DNA of 64,000 nucleotides from Paecilomyces variotii (taxonomy: Eukaryota). The first letter of the stretch is position 1. Every line of letters begins with the position of its first letter. Below, one piece after another: positions 10,955 through 22,615 of the stretch. The DNA is taken from assembly GCA_004022145.1 (NCBI GenBank), contig RCNU01000002.1. One strand, given 5' to 3'. The translations under genes and the position numbers were made by a program. The notes below the pieces were generated by a model. That model was not told the origin of the DNA. It did no database searches and saw only the letters and a program-made list of their open reading frames with translations.

Positions 10955-12557
10955 ATGGATTCGGCGCACGGTGAAGATGAGCCCGGACAGAGTCCATCAC
11001 AGATGGATAATCCAGAGGTATCTACAATAGCAGGAGTACAGACTGAACAGCAGAATACAGACAGCACAGCCACTGGTACATTGAGCCCCGATAAGGCTTC
11101 ATTAACAGAACGCAAGGATAAACAAGATTCAACTCATGAATCGAGATTTCTGAGTCTGCCGCCAGAGATCATAGATCAAATTCTCTCTTATGTTTCCGCC
11201 AGGGATCTCGCATGTGCCTCGACTACCTGTCGTACACTCGCGAACCATGGTTATAATGAGTTATTATGGGCAGATATTGTCAATGCAAATCTGCCGTCCA
11301 AGATCGACACTCCAGGCCCCTTTCCGTCCTTCCGAAGTCTATATGTCGCACATCATCCTTACTGGTTTTTGCCGCGAAATAAGATCTGGTTTTCCGATTC
11401 TGCGCATACGGGGAACCTGATCCTCACACGGTACGATAACCGGAGGGGGGTAATTGAAGGCTATCGAGTAGTAGCAGAGAAACGATCAATGCAATTTCAG
11501 GTGTGGGAATACGATCCTGAAGTTGTCATCCAGTCGTTCAGACCCCGGGTACGGTTATGGCTTGACGACCCGGTCATTCTACTCAAGAACACCACATGTG
11601 CTCCTCTAAGCCGGAGGCAGTATCTCCACGGGGAAATTCGCATGCCAATGCCTCTTGAGTCGCAGCATGTTTACAATTCTCTTTCATTATGTACTGGCGA
11701 AATACCTCCGGATGAGAGAGCCAGCCCCGACAAGCAGTGGCCGCCTCTGACCATCCCCTGCAAAAACCGTGTGTACCGGAATGGGGCTGCTCACTGGTCA
11801 GAATGGGACAGTCGGCCACAAAATATAAGGCAGGTATCAGAATCTGCCTTCCGCGTGAGACGCTGGGCGCATTTCCGCATGGGCCTCCCTATATTCGCGG
11901 CAGGAAGCAGTGAGACGATGTCGACATACGCAACGCTGGAGCCGGAGCTCTACACTCCCACAAGAGAGAAACCATATCAGGGAATATGGGTCGGGGACTA
12001 CTCAGACCACGGATGCGAGTTCCTTCTCTTTCTTCAGCGAGACAAAGTAGCCGGATCAGCCTCGAGTGCCCTCGAACAAGCCGAAGACGGGAGCCGTATT
12101 AGTTTGCCCGAGAATGAAGCGGCCGAACAGGACGAACTTCAAGGAGGTGGTCTTATCCAGAGAGGTACTCTAGAAGCGATTAAGCTGACTGGAGATCCAA
12201 ACGTCCCACGGGGTGAGATCTCGTGGATCTCAGAAGACATTGGGCCTGGTGGCCTAGTGCGGATAGCAGAAGAGGATCCGTTTCGAGGTGCCAGAATGGT
12301 GAGGAGTCGAGGCCATGTCGCGCACCTTGGCTTCAGAGATGGTACGTGTTCATTTTTCTTGTGTTTCGAATACAAGAAACATTTTTTCTATATTCTTGCG
12401 GGGAGTTTTGATACATGTGCTAACGGCAAGAACAGACAAATTCCTCTCCAGTCAGCTCATTCTCATCTCTCGAGACTGTGTAGCACATTACTGGGAGGAT
12501 CTAGACCATATATCTTACTTCTACCGCGTCGATATTGACGAGTTACTCCGCACATGA
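10955..12557 (+). CDS. F-box protein with C-terminal cyclin D1-binding/DUF3506-like domain (FBXO31-like), 2 exons
   Basis: F-box LSLPPEIIDQILSYV...LACASTTCRTL; motifs KPYQGIWVGDYSDHGCEFLLF and LEAIKLTGDPNVPRGE. Intron 12342-12435 (GTACGT...GCTAAC...CAG) joins to DKFLSSQLILIS...DELLRT*. Confidence 0.9.
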
Positions 12558-13052
12558 TTGAGGTGAAGGAATAGCTTTCCAATTGAAAAGTCCGGTTTCC
12601 TTTGCTTCCGATGTCCTGGAACTTTTGGTTGCACCTGCTTCTCAGACCAATCGCTGTACAGGTTGGCCAGTTATGGTTTCGAATGTCTCCCGAGTCACAG
12701 TTAGGATCTCCCATAGATCTGCATTCGATGCTCTTTTTCGCCGACTCAGTTCAAACGCCGGATACGTTAGAACTGAATATGGATGCGGCTTGGCCGCAGA
12801 CGTGTCTACAACCAGCTTCGCCTTCTTGACAGGGTAAATCTCGCGCCGACAAAAGACGGCGTCTATGCCTTAACCTTGTGTTTCAATGGATATATTCAAC
12901 AAACAAATGAGAGGTAGAAGAAAAGATGCATTGTTCGAACAAGAAACAAGCACTGGATATCCTGATAAAACGTTCCCAACGCCGGTTCCCACGCGGAGTC
13001 AAGGACATGAGATTGAATGATGCGCCCAAAGAAAACGAAGCTGTATCGTCAC

Positions 13053-13077
13053 CTCTCTCTCTCTCTCTCTATCTCTC
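13053..13077. repeat. (CT)n microsatellite
   Basis: ctctctctctctctctctatctctc. Confidence 0.8.
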
Positions 13078-13205
13078 ACTCGCTGCTGCCTTTTTCGCAC
13101 AGCGATAACACGACCATCCTCCCTCCTATACCGGGTCTCCAAATCTCCTTAGCCTTATCAAACGACCGGGACTAGTCCACCCCGAACATCCGTCTCGCAG
13201 AAAAT

Positions 13206-13894
13206 TCACCGTCTGCGCTCAAACCAGCCAGTAGATCCCAGAACGGCCACGGATTGATCCATGACCCATTCGCCAACACCGAGGTAGTTCTCGACCCACT
13301 TCTTGACTTCTTTGTTATCGGTGAGTTTGTCTGAATTGAGGCTGGGGCTGTGAAGGTCTCGCGCGTCCGCCAAAGGGGGTGAGCGCGGGACAGGGCAGTT
13401 AGTACTTCGTTTGATCTTTCCATGCGCAACGAGTGCTTTCCTATCGCGATAAACACTGCTGGGGTGCGAATAGAACAGAGGGCGCTACATGCGAGGAAAG
13501 AGATGGCAAGGAATGGAAGATAAATGGAGTGCTCCGGAAGCCGGGCAGAAGTTCAGAAGTAGTAGAACTTGTAGTGATGGGTAGGTAGCGGGGGATGGGA
13601 AATGAACGATGGGGAGGGATGTATTTACGTGAGGCCCGTGGATCGCTTTACTCCAGCCAGGAAGGCGGAGACTGTGAAAGGGAAAAAAGAAAGTCAGTTT
13701 AGTCATTCAAATATACTTATACACGATCGCATTTTCGAGACATGAGCTCTTCATCATCACCGCGAGGGAAGGGGGGAAGAAGGACATACTGAGTACCGCA
13801 TCGAAAGCGTAATGGGTCAGGCGGCCGAGCTGGGCGTTCCAGTCAGACACTCCGTATAACCGCACGTATTCGCAGGTAAGAAACTTACCACCAT
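13206..13894 (-). CDS. atg44: Mitofissin (Atg44/Mdi1/Mco8, former DUF1748), 76 aa, 4 exons
   Basis: Exons 13894-13889, 13829-13790, 13671-13629 and 13347-13206, all GT-AG, splice to MVLGRLTHYAFDAVLISAFLAGVKRSTGLTPSLNSDKLTDNKEVKKWVENYLGVGEWVMDQSVAVLGSTGWFERRR*. This matches the family pattern (LG.L.H...D.VL.S..LAG.KR.TGLTP.L...YL..GE...D.SVA..G.S..F.R). Absent from the ORF track. Confidence 0.92.
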
Positions 13895-15197
13895 GATGAC
13901 GAGATTCTTCTTCCTAGCAAACAGACTCCGTAAGAGACAGGGGGGTGATATATACAGGAGAATAATAACAAGTTCAGTGTTCGATCGTCAGCGCTCTTTG
14001 TATTATTGTCCGGTGGACGGGGAAATCGGACATCCGCAGTTTTGGATCGATGACCTGCCACCAGCGCCGGAGTCAGCCCCCCCGCCGCTCCCCAGCCTCC
14101 CCACCAGATATGACACGTGAGCATTTTTCACATGACACCTCATCCTGGACCCATCACCTGCCTAATGCAGAAAGGCTACCGAAAAGGGAAAGAAGCTCAA
14201 ACGAGATCTGCTGACTAACACGAAGAAACGAACTGGGCGGTAAGCGATACCACGTGACTGCGCCTACGCTCCTATTACGGAGTTCTTAACAGCAGCAGTT
14301 TGCAAACCGCAATCTTTCTCCGGAGTCCGATTTTTATTATTTTTTTATCGATAAGAAAGAGGGGGAGGGATGTTTCCCCCCTCGCTTACGATCCAAATGC
14401 TACCAATCACGTTGCAGCTCCGTTGCATCCGCTTCTTCCTCAGCTCGAGGAACAACCTGAAAAGACTCACCGCAGTCAAGAAAGAAGGAAAGGCGATTTT
14501 CTTGTCTCGTCTCGCCCGAGTCTGAACCTGAACCCCTTGGTGTGCTTGGCTGCGTTTCTGGTCGAGGGTTGCATGCAGTAGTTAATTACGGAGTCCAACG
14601 AGTATTTATTATTATTTATTGAAACTGTTCAGCTCCGGTTGTAGCTCAGTCATATTACATTCCCAGACGTTATTATTCACTCGAATTGTGATATCAGATT
14701 CTGTTTGCTCTCCAGTTGCGGGATTACTTCTTTGGACTGTTCCTGTGCCTGTGCCGCTCTCCCACGCAACTGTGTGACTTCGGAGTCACTTTGCCCGGAT
14801 CATCGGCCTGAGACACCTGAACATCTGATTATCTCGCTGCTTTCTTTGAACTCGACAGGTGGGTGACATTGCCTCTCTTGGCTAGATGAGGCCCTTGTCG
14901 GCCATCGCCATCTATTATTATTATTTAGCCGTCACTTGCACAAATCCCCGTGGTCGGAGGCAGCAGATGGTTAGCATGGGGGCTATTATTTATTAGACTC
15001 TGGGATGCGCGGCACCCGATCTAGACTTTGGCCAACAACATTTTCTCACCCGCCCACATCCAGCCCCGTCCACCCCTCCTCCCAACGGACCTCCGCGCAA
15101 TTTTATCTGTGTCATCTACACTCTCATCCATTCCTTACCTACATCTGCACGACCGTCTTTTGTTTCTAACATCCTCTACGGTCAGGAAGTCATCACC

Positions 15198-17303
15198 ATG
15201 GCTGCCGCAACTTCGATCGATCACCTTTCCAACCGCATGAAGCTGGAATGGCATTCCAAGCTCAACACTGAGATGGTTCCGGCCAGGAACTTCCGCCGGA
15301 CATCCATCATCTGCACAATCGGTATGGTGCTCACAGCTGCACTCTCCATTCACTCTCAGTTGGAGTGTAGCAGCAATTGCTGACATTTCTGACATTGCTG
15401 ACACGAACTGCTCTTCTCAGGCCCCAAGACCAACTCTGTGGAGAAGATCAACATCCTCCGCAAAGGTGTGGACAATTACAAAATCCGTCGCAATGCGCCG
15501 CGAAGCTGACTCAAACAAATAGCTGGTCTCAATGTTGTTCGTATGAACTTCTCTCACGGCTCGTATGAGGTCCGTATTGTTTCGAACCACCGCTGGAAGA
15601 CAATGGACTCACCCAGAGCTAGTACCACCAATCCGTCATCGACAATGCCAGAGAGGCGGAGAAGACCCAAGCTGGTCGTCCCCTCGCCATTGCCCTTGAT
15701 ACCGTAAGTTCTCAACTCTCTTGTCGTCGTTTGTCGACGCTTGAATGCCTGGTTGACATCCAATAGAAAGGACCCGAGATCCGTACCGGTAACACGGTCG
15801 GTGACAAGGACATCCCGATCAAGGAGGGCACTGAGCTCAATATTACCACTGATGACAAGTACGCGACCGCCAGCGATGACAAGAACATGTATGTGGATAA
15901 GCTGCTCCTTCCAACCCCTCCTTTCTCGATTTGGTCCTAGATAAGATGGGCCTTGGGAGTGTGACTGCAACAAGCGCAGACCTCCAACGTGTAATGTTCA
16001 AGGCAAGATCCTGACATTGTCTCGCTTCACAGGTATATCGACTATAAGAACATCACTAAGGTGATCGAGCCTGGCAAGCTCATCTATGTCGATGACGGTA
16101 TTCTCTCCTTCGAGGTGCTCGAGGTCGTTGATGAGCAGACGCTGCGCGTCAGGTGCCTCAACAATGGAAACATCTCTTCTAAGAAGGGAGTCAACCTCCC
16201 TGGCACTGACGTCGACCTTCCCGCTCTTTCAGAGAAGGATATTGCCGACCTGAAGTTCGGTGTTAAGAACAAGGTCGACATGATTTTTGCCTCATTTATC
16301 CGCCGCGGAAGTGACATCAAGCACATTCGCGCGGTGTTGGGTGAAGAAGGCAAGGATATCCAGATCATTGCTAAGATCGAGAACCAGCAGGGTGTCAACA
16401 ACTTTGACGAGATCCTGGAGGAGACTGACGGAGTAATGGTTGCCCGTGGTGACCTTGGTATCGAGATTCCGGCACCTAAGGTTTTCATCGCCCAGAAGAT
16501 GATGATCGCCAAGTGTAACATTAAGGGCAAGCCTGTCATCTGTGCCACTCAGATGCTGGAGTCCATGACGTACAACCCTCGCCCGACTCGCGCAGAGGTA
16601 TCCGATGTCGCCAACGCTGTCCTCGACGGCGCCGACTGTGTCATGCTGTCGGGAGAAACTGCGAAGGGTAACTACCCTAAGGAGGCCGTTACCATGATGC
16701 ACGAGACGTGTCTGCTGGCGGAGGTTGCTATTCCTCACTTCCAGGTCTTTGACGAACTGCGTAACCTTTGCCCCCGCCCCACGGATACCGTCGAGTCTAT
16801 TGCCATGGCCGCGGTCAGTGCCAGTCTCGAGCTGAACGCCGGTGCGATCCTCGTCCTGACCACTAGGTATGGATTATATTCTTCCCACGTGACTCGTATC
16901 CTGCTAACGAAATCAGCGGTCACACCGCACGCCTTCTGTCCAAGTACCGTCCCGTCTGTCCCATCATCATGGTCAGTCGCAGCGCTGCTGCCACACGGGT
17001 AAGTCCAGCATCTTCCTGACGACCAGACCAGACCTATACTTACCCATCGTACAGTATTCCCACTTGTACCGCGGTGTCTACCCCTTCCACTTCCCTGAGA
17101 AGAAGCCTGACTTCAACGTCAAGATCTGGCAGGAGGATGTTGACCGACGCCTCAAGTGGGGTATCTCCAACGCTCTCAAGCTGGGTGTCATTAACAAGGG
17201 TGACTCTGTTGTCTGTGTTCAAGGTTGGCGCGGTGGCCAGGGCCACACCAACACCATCCGTATAGTCCCAGCTGAGGAGAACCTCGGTCTGGTGATGGAA
17301 TAA
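15198..17303 (+). CDS. pkiA: Pyruvate kinase, 8 coding exons
   Basis: Exons 15198-15321, 15421-15465, 15523-15569, 15623-15703, 15767-15888, 16033-16866, 16917-16998 and 17055-17303. Motifs [75 protein letters not shown]. Confidence 0.98.
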
Positions 17304-17729
17304 GTGATTCCTGATATACGACGATAGACGGATGATGCAAGCAAGACCGTCGGGTGACAAGGTCATCACTTGTCATAAAGAACGTAGGATGCAGGTCTCG
17401 TCCCTCTCTGCCAGACGTCTTGACAGCCATTGCGAGCGATTTTTCATACCTGACTGCAGTTCGAGTCAGTTAATGCGTAGGTCAGCGATAGAGGCTTAAG
17501 GCATCGGACCATGCGAAACGTACGGGGGCAAAAAAGGAAGACCTACGGACTTTCAGTGTCACAGGGATAATGATCTCCCTTCTGTTTGAAGTATAGTCTG
17601 CTATATTAGAGTCATTTCTGAAAGTGCAGCTAGATTGACACGTTAATACAATGAGTGCATAGACATGGCAGTTCGTTTCAGTCGAGTCTATTTGACATTT
17701 GGACGCAGTAGATAAGATATCTAGAGGCC

Positions 17730-17920
17730 AATGTCTTGATGATTGAAAGATTGCAAGCAACAGAAGGGGCACTCAAGCGGCACTGCTTCCCTGAACATTT
17801 CGAGTGCGTTGGGCTGGGCATTGCTCGACCGGGTTATGCAGTGAGTTCTTGACGAGCTGCCCCGTAGGCGAGCAAGTATAGAAAAGCGCAACCACAACCA
17901 GTGCCGAAACCATCAGGAAT
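17730..17920. ncRNA. Candidate structured non-coding RNA (C/D-box-like element plus stems); identity and strand unresolved
   Basis: AATGT-C-TTGATGA...CTGA-ACATT kink-turn geometry at 17730-17799; hairpin at 17821-17875; two further complementary pairs. See findings. Confidence 0.25.
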
Positions 17921-19376
17921 GAGAGAAGAAAGAGGAGAGAGGGAAGAAAGAAGAGGAGGAAAGTAAAGATTACACACAATTTCACCTCGCGATGATCCCC
18001 GATGCGGGGGTAAACCCGAAGGAAAAAGTAACAATAATAAAAATAATCATGAATAATAATTAACAGGACTGCGCATTCTCTCACTGGACCATGAGGGAAG
18101 GAGGGGACGAAAACTAAATTTCCCGAGGCGTTGCGAGTCCAGGCCTCGTGCGGTTCTGCTTTTCCCTTCCGTCCGTTCATCCCGAGTTCTGCCGAATCCT
18201 CGGCCAGAGATCGGGAATTGGTCTGTTTTTTCAGATTATGTATGATTATTTCTTCTTTTGCCGGGGCCGATTGGATTTAGTGGGTCTGTATTTAATCTAT
18301 GGATTTGGCTTAGAAGAGATCTTGCAGCGTTGGTGATGTTAAGTAAATGAATACGGAGTGCAATACAGTACATCTTTCAAGAGTCCGGGATATGATCAGT
18401 AGTGCTTTGGCAAAGGGCACGGGGGCTTAATAATGATAATAATGCTCTACTCCGTATTGACTTACTAGTTATTAGTTAGTTTGTTATATTATTTACCCGC
18501 TAAAACTACCGTTTAATCACTTGCTGGGCTTCTCATAGAACCAGGCACAGCTGTGATCTATGTGATAACTAGTAGTTCTACTTCTATCGGGAGGGCTCCG
18601 CATCCATAATTTGATGAGCGAAAAGCTACTTGAACTACAGAAATAGGAGCGAGCATGTATTACAGTAACGAGCCGTGATTAACTTCTTTATCAATGACAA
18701 TTACCATTCCAGCTCAGAGATAAGATAAAGAGTGTATTTTTCTCATTTACATGGTCTATTTCAACTGAAACAGATGAACGCGAAAGTACGATGGGGTGAT
18801 TTATTATTTATGCTCTTGGCCTGCCCCTTTTATTCTAGATTCGCGGACACTGTCTACGGCAATTGATAGCCAATAATAACAGTTTACGATGTATATCTAT
18901 AGCCGTTCTAGAAGCTTACCGCTTTAGCATGTAGTTGTAACTATTCCTTCGAATTTACAACATTCTCGACAGGTGGCTGATACGGAAAAATACGATACTT
19001 CTAGAGACCTGGGATTGTCTGAGCATTAGTAGACGGAAGTATTGTCAATTTCGTTTTATTTGAAAACTTGAAAGCGTTAAGTTGGACGCTGCTATGTCAT
19101 ATCGCCAATTTATGATTCAGATGCCAATGTGCCGCTTGGTTCTGTGACGCTATAAATTTCGTCTTTAATGAGAGCAGAACAAGAGAATCAGTACAAAAAT
19201 ATTAACCTAAAAGGCGATGCATCATGCTTGGAGTGCTGTGCCTACTTTGTATAGATACAACCAGTCGGCGGCGCGGTTAACCCGGGCCGAAAGAACGCGC
19301 GGGAATATTTCCGGAGATCTGCGCAGGATAGATAGCAATAAACGTGCCCAAAACAGCCCTCGAAATATATCACAAC

Positions 19377-20918
19377 ATGCGGCTACTTGCCACGGGAAGG
19401 GCACTACGCGCGAGTAGCGGCGCGTGGTCAATTACTTCCGTACGTGGGAGAGTTTGCGTTCCTCCGCGTTTTCAGTGTGTCTACGGCTCCATTGTGAGGC
19501 GCCCAAGATCGACAGTCGCTTCGACGAAGGAAGAGAAGGTCGAAGCTCCAAAATCCACTGTTCTCAATGGAAACAGTGGCTTTGTTGGGAAAAAGCAAGA
19601 TGTCACCATTGAGGGAATCTCCTATCCAGCTGATCAATGGACGAATGCTACCGAAACAATCCTTTCCCATGTCGGCCGCCGACTATACCTCGACGAGAAC
19701 CATCCTCTAGCAATCACCCGCAAGCTGATCGAGAGTCAATTCCCATCGCCGGTATACGGAAACTATTCAGAGCTAAATCCTGTCGTCTCGACCGCTAATA
19801 ATTTCGACGTTTTGGGTTTCCCTCCAGACCACCCGGGTCGCAGTCGCACCGACACCTACTACGTCAATGAGAAGACCGTTTTGAGGACGCACACCAGTGC
19901 GCACCAGCAGGAATACTTCCAACGGATGAACAAGAATGAGAAGACACGGCCGGAGGAGACGGGTTATACTGTGATCGCTGATGTGTACCGGCGGGATGCT
20001 ATTGATCGAAGCCACTATCCCGTCTTCCACCAGATGGAAGGCGCCCGGTTGTGGAAGCGTCCTGCGACTGAGCCATTGAAACATGCTACGCAGACTGCAT
20101 CTGCCATCTGGGAAGATGTGAAAAAGATCCCTGCTCATGATGTGGTTGTGGAGGACCCTAATCCGACGATCCATCCGGAGCGCAATCCGCTACAGGCAGA
20201 ATATCACAGCGCTGAAGAGGTGGAAGCCATAGCTGCTCACCTCAAGCGATCACTCGAGCGCATGGTTATCAAGATCTTTACCGAAGCTAGCAAAGCAGCA
20301 GGAGACGCTCAACAAGAGCCTCTGAAGGTTCGATGGGTGGAAGCGTACTTCCCCTTTACCAGCCCTTCGTGGGAGCTGGAGGTTTTCTGGCAGGGAGACT
20401 GGCTGGAGATTCTAGGCTGTGGTGTCATCAAGCAGGAACTCCTGAACAACTCAGATGTCCCAGAGAGAGTGGGTTGGGCTTTTGGTCTAGGCATCGAGCG
20501 TATTGCCATGCTCCTCTTCAACATCCCTGATATCCGTCTATTCTGGTCCCGCGACGAGCGGTTCCTCTCCCAGTTCAAAGCTGGACAGATCACTCGCTTT
20601 GAACCATTCTCTAAATACCCCGCCTGTTACAAGGACGTGGCATTCTGGCTACAATCGGCCGGTGGCAGCGCCGCGGGCGGCGCGGTGCCTTTCCATGAAA
20701 ACGACATGATGGAAATCGTTCGTGATGTGGCAGGCGATCTGGTCGAGGATGTCAAACTCGTCGATGAGTTCACACACCCCAAGACAGGCCGGAAGAGCAT
20801 GTGCTACCGCATCAACTACCGAAGCCTGGAGCGGACGTTGACGAATAAGGAAACCAACGAGTTGCATGAACAGGTCAGGCAGAAATTGGTAGAGAGGGTT
20901 GGGGTTGAGCTGCGATGA
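19377..20918 (+). CDS. MSF1: Mitochondrial phenylalanyl-tRNA synthetase (intronless)
   Basis: Arg/Ser-rich presequence from ATG 19377. Motifs NFDVLGFPPDHPGRSRTDTYY, LRTHTSAHQ, YRRDAIDRSHYPVFHQMEG, YFPFTSPSWE, GWAFGLGIERIAM and a C-terminal FDX-ACB anticodon domain. Confidence 0.97.
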   Translation: MRLLATGRALRASSGAWSITSVRGRVCVPPRFQCVYGSIVRRPRSTVASTKEEKVEAPKSTVLNGNSGFVGKKQDVTIEGISYPADQWTNATETILSHVGRRLYLDENHPLAITRKLIESQFPSPVYGNYSELNPVVSTANNFDVLGFPPDHPGRSRTDTYYVNEKTVLRTHTSAHQQEYFQRMNKNEKTRPEETGYTVIADVYRRDAIDRSHYPVFHQMEGARLWKRPATEPLKHATQTASAIWEDVKKIPAHDVVVEDPNPTIHPERNPLQAEYHSAEEVEAIAAHLKRSLERMVIKIFTEASKAAGDAQQEPLKVRWVEAYFPFTSPSWELEVFWQGDWLEILGCGVIKQELLNNSDVPERVGWAFGLGIERIAMLLFNIPDIRLFWSRDERFLSQFKAGQITRFEPFSKYPACYKDVAFWLQSAGGSAAGGAVPFHENDMMEIVRDVAGDLVEDVKLVDEFTHPKTGRKSMCYRINYRSLERTLTNKETNELHEQVRQKLVERVGVELR

Positions 20919-21691
20919 TGCGGTATATATCGTTTATCGTACCTCTCGCCCTCCCTAGTGCTTCGAGCCGTATAACTATGTATTATTAGTATCGCTTCTT
21001 CTCCTGGAGATACTTTACCTAGATGTAAAAATGCCCGAGTCCGCTCTAAAATTTAATCCCCGGTGGAATTTTAGGAGAAGTTACAATAGCCAAATGCTTT
21101 AAATCATGCAATTGACTATAAAAGCGTACGAGCCACGTTCGCCACATGAAACCGACATGTCTTGAGATTCGTATCTACAGATTCTCTATCCCGGATAAGC
21201 CAGCGCCACAGCGCCATCCGGAGATGGGTAACTGTTCCAACTTCTAGTCGACTCAGAGAATAACGGGGACATAATAAGACAAAGAAACCAGAGTGCCCTA
21301 TGGCATTCCCGCGCCCATCCCAAAGCCAGATGCAGAAGAAAACAATTTTTTTCATGAACAAACATGTTGGCTGATGCGTGTCATTCGAGTGGAGAGGAGA
21401 GGTGATCGTGTTAGATGGGGATTTCCATGAGGGTGAAAACAGGAAGACAGAGAGCAAAGAATCATCGAACATTGCGCTGTTGGCGCAAAAATGAACTGTT
21501 AAAACACACGTAGACGCAAGATTAGGTGAGAAATAAACCGTTTCCCTGTCGATCACCGTTCACGTGCTGCCCCGTCATCATGTATGGCTCAGGATATATT
21601 GTACAGACGTTGAGAGAAAAGTATTAGGAAGATTGGGTGAAATCCGAAGGCGAAGCTCGCAAACAGACTCTTGGGAATAGTCTGAACAAGC

Positions 21692-22615
21692 TTAAGAGTT
21701 CTTGACAACACCAACTTTGGCAGCCTATGGTATCAAATTAGAACATCTCCCATCGTGCATAATGTTTATAGCGGTAAAGTACTCACTCTGACCACCCGGC
21801 CATTGAGGATAAATCCCTTGCTCTGAGTGTACATAATCTCGCCGTCCTCCTTGCCTTCGGCCTTGGCCATGAAAGTAGCCTCGTGTCGGTTGGGGTCGAA
21901 CTTCTGAGGCTTGCCGTCTTCGGTAGGCTCGCCGGGGTCAAACCTCTCCAGGCCATGCTTCTTCAGCGTAGCCATAAGGATGTTCTCAGTCATCTTCAAG
22001 CCATCATATAGGTTGTGCAGGTCCTTAAGAGACTCATCTCCACGAGCCTCCAGCTTCTCGGCCGGCACTGCGGAGAGGGCACGGTCGAAGTTGTCAACGG
22101 TATCCAGAAGATCACCAGCAAACTTTTGAATGGCAAATGTGCGTGCGTTATCGATGTCGCGCTTAGTGCGTTCCTGAAGGTTTCGGAAATCGGCCACGGA
22201 GCGAAGATATTTGTCCTGATTGAGCACATCAGGATTTTTGAATCCGCCACAAATTGGGGACCCCGCGAAAAATGAATTATTAGACCGCTCGATGCGAAAG
22301 ACATACCTTCAGTTCAACGATTTCCTTCTGTTTTGCCTCCAACTCCTTCTTCAGGGCGTCTTCTTCCTTGCCTTCTGCTGTCTCGGTCTTCGACTCCTTC
22401 TGCTCTCCAGCATCCTTGGTTTCAGTCTTGCTCGATTCAGTCTCAGAAGAATAATATCTCTGTGCTGAACGGAGAGCGTATGCTCCAATTGATGGAGTGT
22501 GCAGTCGCAGCGGTGACGTCCGCGTGAGAGGTGACGATACTGCTGTGGTCAAAGATCGGGATGAGAGCGCAGACCGCATGGCCTGGCTTTGTCTGAGCAA
22601 CGCACGCTGAAACAT
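21692..22615 (-). CDS. MGE1: Mitochondrial GrpE nucleotide-exchange factor, 3 exons
   Basis: Exons 22615-22307, 22215-21787 and 21724-21692. Presequence MFQRALLRQSQ; motifs DKYLRSVADFRNLQERT, IQKFAGDLL, KFDPNRHEA, KGFILNGRVVRAAKVGVVKNS*. Confidence 0.97.

Noticed and set aside
13694-13760. C/D snoRNA in atg44 intron 2 (GTGATGA...CTGA)
   Set aside because: The CTGA is the intron branchpoint, there is no terminal stem, and any rRNA complementarity I could recall is only ~10 nt.
17760-18130. RNase P, snR30 or telomerase RNA identity from short words (GGGAAATT, TGAGAGAA, TTGAGTGC, AAACCAT)
   Set aside because: Motifs incomplete, on inconsistent strands or separated by T-rich tracts; no telomeric template found.
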